From IMG/VR virus record IMGVR_UViG_2671181030_000002: a stretch of 4,052 nt of DNA. The stretch is one strand, 5' to 3'. Positions 1 to 4,052 of this stretch are shown here, piece after piece; the stretch's first letter is position 1, and every line of letters begins with the position of its first letter. The position numbers and the translations under genes were made by a program. The stretch is from a virus (taxonomy: Monodnaviria; Loebvirae; Hofneiviricota; Faserviricetes; Tubulavirales; Inoviridae). The notes under the pieces are model-generated. The model did no database searches. It saw only the letters and a list, made by a program, of their open reading frames with translations, and was not told the origin of the DNA.

Positions 1-225
1 ACAGACCGTAATCCACTGGCCCAGGACGTCTTTCAGGCAATGTTGGCATAAATCCAGTTTTAAGCGATTACTGTCACCAAAAATTGAACCGTATCCAGCT
101 AAGTGATTAACAGACAGAAACTCATTGAACTCAATGTCATCTACCACCGTCTTCGCATGGCGACCACAGCGATCGCAGGTCTTCGCACATAACATTACAG
201 TATCGCTGGATGTGAAAAATTGCAT
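1..225 (-). CDS. Hypothetical protein, N-terminal 75 codons only (gene continues past position 1); zinc-ribbon / possible HNH-like nuclease motif
   Basis: Manual translation of the minus strand from ATG at 225..223 gives MQFFTSSDTVMLCAKTCDRCGRHAKTVVDDIEFNEFLSVNHLAGYGSIFGDSNRLKLDLCQHCLKDVLGQWITVC with no stop before the window edge. It is absent from the ORF track, presumably because it has no in-window stop. A GAGGAG Shine-Dalgarno lies 5 nt upstream of the ATG. Two Cys pairs (C17-x2-C20, C60-x2-C63) bracket N40-H41 and N53. Same strand as the phage genes. Confidence 0.5.
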   Translation of the reverse strand, partial: MQFFTSSDTVMLCAKTCDRCGRHAKTVVDDIEFNEFLSVNHLAGYGSIFGDSNRLKLDLCQHCLKDVLGQWITVC

Positions 226-230
226 TTTAT

Positions 231-236
231 CTCCTC
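231..236 (-). promoter_or_regulatory. Shine-Dalgarno (GAGGAG) for the ORF starting at 225
   Basis: Plus-strand ctcctc at 231..236 is GAGGAG on the minus strand, followed by the 5-nt spacer ATAAA and then ATG (225..223). Confidence 0.55.
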
Positions 237-342
237 GTAATGCTGCCGCGCCGAATCAGCAATAACGCTAAAAAAACAGAATTGTTCGGCTTGGCCAACC
301 CCTGACACTAACAAAAGCAAGTTTTGTCACTGTCCGGGGTTA

Positions 343-651
343 TCATATAAACCAATAGACCGTCCTTACGCCATTCTGGTTATCAATAACATAGCCGCAT
401 TGTTTCCTTAAAAATTCTTCTGCTAAATCAATGGCTTTTACAGAAATCTCATAAGAAGGAAGTAAAGTGTATCCTTTCCCTTCACTGGCAGCTGCTTTGA
501 TCGCATCCAGAGTATTATCAATCAGTAACAGAGCAAGTGATGCTTCATTTACCTGAGCCGAAGAACTTCTGGCTGCAAGTGTCATTGTTTTTGCTTCTTC
601 CGCTGTAATCGTTCGTTCTGCCAGAGCAGATAAAATCCCATAAGAATCCAT
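343..651 (-). CDS. Hypothetical 102-aa protein, no recognisable Ff counterpart; candidate accessory/cargo gene
   Basis: Complete ORF in the track (ATG 651..649, TGA 345..343). A GGGGT Shine-Dalgarno-like sequence sits 5 nt upstream of the ATG. Same strand as the phage block, immediately downstream of gIV. The protein is Ala/Leu/Ser/Glu-rich (helical-looking) with a hydrophobic C-terminus; I recognise no catalytic motif. Confidence 0.5.
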   Translation of the reverse strand: MDSYGILSALAERTITAEEAKTMTLAARSSSAQVNEASLALLLIDNTLDAIKAAASEGKGYTLLPSYEISVKAIDLAEEFLRKQCGYVIDNQNGVRTVYWFI

Positions 652-673
652 TAGTTACCCCAATCAATAATGT

Positions 674-729
674 CCATTTGATGGATAGCGAGCAGGGCTC
701 ACGCACCTACCCGCTATCCATCAAAGTGG
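674..729 (-). other. Imperfect inverted repeat / stem-loop (17-bp stem, one bulge, 21-nt loop) overlapping the gIV stop codon; candidate terminator-like or packaging-signal-like hairpin
   Basis: Arm 674..690 (ccatttgatggatagcg) is the reverse complement of arm 712..729 (cgctatccatcaaagtgg) except for one extra base (g726). Loop is 691..711. The gIV stop (TGA, plus 721..723) lies inside the right arm. On the minus-strand transcript the hairpin is followed by a moderately U-rich stretch (ACAUUAUUGAUU). Confidence 0.6.
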
Positions 730-1986
730 ACGAATGATATGTGCTGTAAGCAAAATATACATAATACGCTGTTCATTGCTGTCTGCCTTGCTACTGAAAA
801 TCCAGCCTATAAGAGGAATTTTACTTATAACTGGAACTGAACGCTCGGCATTGCTGAACGATGAATCGATAAGCCCCCCCAATAACAACGTCTGACCATC
901 CTTAATCTGGACTGTCGTCTGAATCTGGCGCTGATTAGTAATAATATCGGATGCCTGATCATCATTGCTGATTGAATCAGCGCGAGTGTCGATAGTCAGA
1001 ACTAGTTGCCCGTTACCCATGACAACAGGCGTTACCTTGAGAGAAACGCCAACATCATGACGCTCGATAGTCTGAAACGGATTATTTACCCCGGCAGATT
1101 CGCCCGTTACCTTTCCGGTGATAAACGGCACATTCTTACCTACGGAAATGTAACCAGTCTGACCAGACTGAGTAAGAATACGCGGCGTTGAAATCACCTT
1201 AGAGCGTGAATTACTCTGGACAGCACGCAGAGACAGCGCCAACACGTTACCATCAAAAATACCAAAAGAACCGCCCGCCGTAGAAAGAGCGCTACCCAGT
1301 GCAGAAGTATTAAAGCCCCCCGCAACCTTATGACCGGATGCAGAACCTGCCGCAAACGATAAATCAACGCCATCAGACAAGCTGGTTTCAAACATCAGCG
1401 ACTGAATGAGAACCTGATCGCGGGCAACATCCACAGAATTGATAAAATCGGACAGAACCGGCAGCAGCTCGTCAGGCGCAGAAACAATCAGCGAGTTATT
1501 GCCTGGATAATCCACGACATTACCACCACCATTAGAATCAAGATAAATTTTAATCAGTTGCTGAACATCGGACGATCTAACTTTTGTCAGCTTAAAATTT
1601 CTGACCGTAAGCGCCACAGGTACTGGCTGGTAAGATGGCTCAGAAGGAAAAGTATCATAAGACTGGTTATCAGAATCATCGGAATCCGAAACCATCTGTG
1701 AAGGTAATTTAGACGGCAAAGAGACTACCGCAGGATTGCCAGAAAGCATGACAAAACCGTTAGCATTCAGAACAGACTTAAAGAAATCATCAATATTTGT
1801 TGGATTAACATCAGCATTAAATACGGTTACGTTTCCTTTAATATCAGGATTAACAATAACAGGCTTGCCAGTTTTTGAAGAATACCACTGAACAAATGAG
1901 CGAACAGATGAATTATTTAAATTAACAGTTTCAGCAGAAACGCAGAATGAATAGGCAAATAAAAAAGCAACAATAACAGAGCGCAT
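721..1986 (-). CDS. gIV: Filamentous phage gene IV protein (pIV), outer-membrane secretin for virion export
   Basis: The ORF-track translation from MRSVIVAFLFAYSFCVSA (signal-peptide-like) onward aligns by eye along its whole length with M13 pIV as I recall it (e.g. GGSFGIF, NVPFITG, GESA.VNNPFQTIER, DGQTLLLGGL, SKIPLIG). I place the start at ATG 1986..1984 rather than the track's 2079, because an AGGAG Shine-Dalgarno lies 10 nt upstream and the signal peptide begins there. Predicted length 421 aa (M13 pIV about 426). Confidence 0.92.
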   Translation of the reverse strand: MRSVIVAFLFAYSFCVSAETVNLNNSSVRSFVQWYSSKTGKPVIVNPDIKGNVTVFNADVNPTNIDDFFKSVLNANGFVMLSGNPAVVSLPSKLPSQMVSDSDDSDNQSYDTFPSEPSYQPVPVALTVRNFKLTKVRSSDVQQLIKIYLDSNGGGNVVDYPGNNSLIVSAPDELLPVLSDFINSVDVARDQVLIQSLMFETSLSDGVDLSFAAGSASGHKVAGGFNTSALGSALSTAGGSFGIFDGNVLALSLRAVQSNSRSKVISTPRILTQSGQTGYISVGKNVPFITGKVTGESAGVNNPFQTIERHDVGVSLKVTPVVMGNGQLVLTIDTRADSISNDDQASDIITNQRQIQTTVQIKDGQTLLLGGLIDSSFSNAERSVPVISKIPLIGWIFSSKADSNEQRIMYILLTAHIIRPL

Positions 1987-1993
1987 AATAATA

Positions 1994-2368
1994 TTACTCC
2001 TGACAGGTAACAGTCTGTAAATAACGGCCTTTTCTAATAACAACACGACAGGCATCTTTAATATCAACGGAATAACCATCTTTAATCAAATCAAAATACT
2101 GATATTTCATACCTTTTGCATCAACAAACGTAACGGAAACGTCAAAGCCAAGTTGTGAAAAAGAATTAATAGAAAGTCGGGGTAAGTCACTGGACGAATC
2201 AGGCGTTACCGCCCTCGCCTGTTCAGCATAAGCAGATTTAATAGCTGAGATTTCATCAACATTCTTTCCAGACTGGAGCCAGAAACCAAACGCAAGCCCC
2301 AGCGCCAAAAAAGAAAGCATTAATATAAGACGGTTCGATTTGCGAAAATAAATTTTAGTGAGGCGCAT
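1994..2368 (-). CDS. gXI: pXI (pI*), product of an internal in-frame start within gene I
   Basis: In-frame ATG at codon 241 of gI (minus-strand 2368..2366; protein begins MRLTKIYFRK), the same codon position and context as the pXI start in Ff phages (M13 MKLTKIYLKK). A GAGGA sequence lies about 13 nt upstream. Separate expression cannot be shown from sequence alone. Confidence 0.6.
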   Translation of the reverse strand: MRLTKIYFRKSNRLILMLSFLALGLAFGFWLQSGKNVDEISAIKSAYAEQARAVTPDSSSDLPRLSINSFSQLGFDVSVTFVDAKGMKYQYFDLIKDGYSVDIKDACRVVIRKGRYLQTVTCQE

Positions 2369-3088
2369 ATAATAATTAAATCCTCTGTGAACAGAAAATT
2401 GACCGTGCGTGATAAATGGTGGCAAAAGCGAAAATGCGCCATGAGGATAATTATCTGTGAACGCTTGTTTGGTATTGTAAGCAGAATAAAGAGATTTTCC
2501 TGTATATATCCATTTATCAACAGTGATTGAATTAACATTATCACCATATTTGACAATGCCAAAGTGTACCTTTGGTAAAGAAAATCTCGCCCCTGAAACC
2601 AAATTCATAATGGAGCCAACAAAAGGAATGTTTAATTTATCTGAACGGCGACAATAAACAACATGCTCAGCAAGCGCCAGACGAGCTTGCTTATCCATTA
2701 TCGAAATATCCTGAATCAAAAATATAATATCCCAGCCTAATTTTCTGGCATGTAAAAACCAGTCAATAACAGGTTGTCTGTCTTTATCACCCCATGAGCG
2801 GGAATTAAACCAAGTACCACATTCATCAAGTACAAGGAGGCCATTACGGGATTCATCGTAAGATGTATTCCCAATACCAATAGCAAGTAAATCATTTAAT
2901 GAAGGCTTGTCAGGAATGCGAATAACGCGCGTTTTTTTCGCATAACGCCCAACCATAGGCATATTATGCAATTTAAGATCAAGATTAGTGGCAACAGGAC
3001 AACCCTTAGCAAGTCTTTCCTGTATTCTGGAAACACTAACAAGTGTCTTGCCTGAGCCTAATTTGCCTGTTACTACATAAACCGCCAT
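1994..3088 (-). CDS. gI: Filamentous phage gene I protein (pI), Zot-like assembly NTPase
   Basis: 364-aa ORF with an N-terminal Walker A / P-loop (GKLGSGKT) and a hydrophobic segment near residues 254-270. It is collinear with M13 pI as I recall it (MAVY.VTGKLGSGKTLVSV, LLVLDECGTWFN.RSW, QPVIDWFLHARKLGWDIIFL, HVVYCRR). The ATG at 3088..3086 directly abuts the gVI stop. Confidence 0.95.
   Translation of the reverse strand: MAVYVVTGKLGSGKTLVSVSRIQERLAKGCPVATNLDLKLHNMPMVGRYAKKTRVIRIPDKPSLNDLLAIGIGNTSYDESRNGLLVLDECGTWFNSRSWGDKDRQPVIDWFLHARKLGWDIIFLIQDISIMDKQARLALAEHVVYCRRSDKLNIPFVGSIMNLVSGARFSLPKVHFGIVKYGDNVNSITVDKWIYTGKSLYSAYNTKQAFTDNYPHGAFSLLPPFITHGQFSVHRGFNYYMRLTKIYFRKSNRLILMLSFLALGLAFGFWLQSGKNVDEISAIKSAYAEQARAVTPDSSSDLPRLSINSFSQLGFDVSVTFVDAKGMKYQYFDLIKDGYSVDIKDACRVVIRKGRYLQTVTCQE
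1997..2001 (-). promoter_or_regulatory. Shine-Dalgarno (AGGAG) for gIV, embedded in the last codons of gI
   Basis: Plus-strand ctcct at 1997..2001 is AGGAG on the minus strand, 10 nt upstream of the gIV ATG at 1986. It overlaps the gI ...CAG GAG TAA terminus. Confidence 0.6.
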
Positions 3089-3430
3089 TTAAATCACCCT
3101 GTTTGCATAATCAAGAAATTTTTGTTTTAAATCGAAAACAAAAACACTGATACGAGTAACCATAATAACGTTAACACACGCCTGAAAATGGTCAGGCAAT
3201 ACAGACGCCATTAAATGGGAGAAATCAGCAGGTAAACCGTTATACATGACCTCAGCAAGGTACTGCATTAAAAGCGTAACAGTTGTTGTAATTAATGCTA
3301 CCAATGCAAAGGCGATTAATCCTGTTCTGGTAGCAAGTCGAGCTAAAAAACTCGCCACATAGCCAATAAACAAAGGAACAAGACCAATAAGAAAACGCAA
3401 CAATGCAGGAATACCTAATAATAAAGGCAT
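3089..3430 (-). CDS. gVI: Filamentous phage gene VI protein (pVI), minor coat / virion-end protein
   Basis: 113-aa hydrophobic protein MPLLLGIPALLRFLIG..., matching M13 pVI (MPVLLGIPLLLRF..., 112 aa) in length, start and C-terminal FDLKQK/FDVKQK region. The track starts one codon earlier at GTG 3433; I prefer ATG 3430..3428, which overlaps the gIII stop (TGATG). Stop TAA 3091..3089 is immediately followed by the gI ATG. Confidence 0.85.
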   Translation of the reverse strand: MPLLLGIPALLRFLIGLVPLFIGYVASFLARLATRTGLIAFALVALITTTVTLLMQYLAEVMYNGLPADFSHLMASVLPDHFQACVNVIMVTRISVFVFDLKQKFLDYANRVI

Positions 3431-4052
3431 CACTCACCCCCTTTGCGAAGCAATGAAGTTAAAGAAGTAAAGACATACCAGAACGTAAGGCAATAAAAAA
3501 CCCATGAAAGAACATCTTTAATAGTCAGTAATTTATCGCAACCAATATCAATCTGATAAACCTCTCCGGGAAAAATAATAAAATCAGAGCAGCCGTTACC
3601 ATTGGGTAAATTAGGCAGCATAGCACCTTTATTTAAAAATGCTTCCCATAAAGCACCGTGAGAATCCTTTTCAATTCCCAATTCAGAATCAGCTAAAGTA
3701 GAAGCGCCATCTAATTCAGAGTCGCCCTTTCCATAACGAGAATCACCACCTGAAGGGTCAGCAAAACGGCCAGCCCCCCGCGTAAGATTGTTAATGGAAT
3801 CGTCAAGACGATTTATATTATTCCTGGTTTGTTCATCGGCATTTTTTTTATCATCTGATGAAGTGTCTTTCTCCGTTAATTTATCATGAATATCGCTGGC
3901 TATTTTGGGTGAAGCACCTTCGATCGCAGACTGAATATCACCTTTAGAAAGACTGGAACCACTAGAGCCACCGCCAGAACTACCGCCAGAACTACCGCCA
4001 CCGGACTCACCACCGGACTCACCACCGGACTCACCACCGGACTCACCACCAC
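3430..4052 (-). CDS. gIII: Filamentous phage gene III protein (pIII), 3' portion only: glycine-rich linker plus C-terminal membrane-anchor domain; 5' end lies beyond the window
   Basis: The minus-strand frame is open from the window edge (first full codon 4050..4048) to TGA at 3432..3430. Manual translation gives (GGES)x4-GGGSSGGSSGGGSS... and ends ...NGNGCSDFIIFPGEVYQIDIGCDKLLTIKDVLSWVFYCLTFWYVFTSLTSLLRKGGE, resembling the M13 pIII C-terminus (...ANGNG...CDKINLFRGVFAFLLYVATFMYVFSTFANILRNKES). The track entry 3430..3681 is only the tail of this ORF, reported from an in-frame TTG. Confidence 0.85.
   Translation of the reverse strand, partial: GGESGGESGGESGGESGGGSSGGSSGGGSSGSSLSKGDIQSAIEGASPKIASDIHDKLTEKDTSSDDKKNADEQTRNNINRLDDSINNLTRGAGRFADPSGGDSRYGKGDSELDGASTLADSELGIEKDSHGALWEAFLNKGAMLPNLPNGNGCSDFIIFPGEVYQIDIGCDKLLTIKDVLSWVFYCLTFWYVFTSLTSLLRKGGE
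3971..4048. repeat. Tandem 12-nt coding repeats in the gIII glycine-rich linker
   Basis: Four perfect copies of ccggactcacca at 4001..4048, encoding (GGES)x4 on the minus strand. They are preceded by two copies of ccgccagaacta at 3971..3994 (encoding GGSS-type units) and more degenerate copies further 5'. Period 12, in frame. Confidence 0.85.

Noticed and set aside
1-225. Partial ORF as the start of the replication gene gII, which in Ff follows the intergenic region after gIV
   Set aside because: The N-terminus bears no resemblance to pII as I recall it, and the Cys-rich motif is not a feature of Ff pII.
262-300. T7 run on the minus strand (A7 at 270..276) as an intrinsic terminator after the 102-aa ORF
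   Set aside because: No GC-rich hairpin immediately upstream of the U-run on the minus-strand transcript; the nearby TTGGCCAA palindrome cannot form a stem-loop on its own.
1-651. Calling the two ORFs an MqsR/MqsA-type toxin-antitoxin pair
   Set aside because: Only the gene order, sizes and a CxxC...CxHC pattern are suggestive; the 102-aa protein shows no similarity to MqsR that I can see and the second ORF is truncated. Kept as a hypothesis in findings, not as an annotation.
1006-1191. 61-aa plus-strand ORF
   Set aside because: Lies antisense entirely within the well-supported gIV coding region; no ribosome-binding site; typical shadow ORF.
1194-1391. 65-aa minus-strand ORF
   Set aside because: Alternative frame fully inside gIV; Leu/Arg-rich low-complexity translation; no independent support.
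721-2079. ORF-track start for gIV at 2079, adding 31 N-terminal residues (MVIPLILKMPVVLLLEKAVIYRLLPVRSNII)
   Set aside because: The extension overlaps the end of gI in another frame, has no ribosome-binding site, and precedes an obvious signal peptide beginning at MRSVIVAF. ATG 1986 with AGGAG upstream matches the position of the M13 pIV start.
1987-2100. sigma70 promoter for gIV inside the 3' end of gI
   Set aside because: Ff phages do have a gIV promoter inside gI, but I found only weak hexamers here (for example TTTACA ... TAATAT, badly placed relative to the ribosome-binding site); not enough to annotate.
2320-2562. 80-aa minus-strand ORF
   Set aside because: Out-of-frame overlap inside gI and spanning the pXI start region; the gI frame is strongly supported.
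3431-3433. GTG start for gVI giving MMPLLL...
   Set aside because: The adjacent ATG at 3430..3428 gives MPLLLGIP..., matching the M13 pVI N-terminus and overlapping the gIII stop in the usual coupled arrangement.
3252-3437. 61-aa minus-strand ORF
   Set aside because: Alternative frame inside gVI and the gIII/gVI junction; Cys/Tyr-rich odd composition; the gVI frame matches pVI.
3430-3681. 83-aa ORF in the track, as an independent gene
   Set aside because: It is the C-terminal part of gIII: the same frame stays open upstream to the window edge, and the M is an in-frame TTG (Leu) that the ORF caller treated as a start.
4001-4048. Short direct repeats that might suggest a CRISPR-like array
   Set aside because: Units are 12 nt, contiguous with no spacers, in frame and coding for the pIII Gly-rich linker.

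Overview
Almost the whole window is coding on the minus strand and reads as the morphogenesis/assembly block of an Ff-like filamentous phage (Inoviridae; M13/fd/f1, IKe, I2-2, If1 group). In transcription order (high to low coordinates) it holds the 3' part of gIII (glycine-rich linker plus C-terminal anchor domain), gVI, gI with the nested in-frame gXI start, and gIV (secretin). The gene junctions are tightly packed and overlapping in the Ff manner. Protein comparisons are by eye against M13 sequences recalled from memory, not a database search; divergence looks substantial, so this is a relative of M13, not M13 itself. The most interesting part is positions 1-720: where an Ff genome would have its non-coding intergenic region after gIV, there is a stem-loop straddling the gIV stop and then two ORFs I cannot place in the Ff gene set. 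These are a 102-aa protein with no motif I recognise and the first 75 codons of a protein with a CxxC...NH...N...CxHC pattern (zinc ribbon, possibly HNH-like nuclease), which runs off the window edge. I regard this as candidate accessory cargo of unknown function; I cannot tell from the sequence whether the element is a free phage genome or an integrated prophage.
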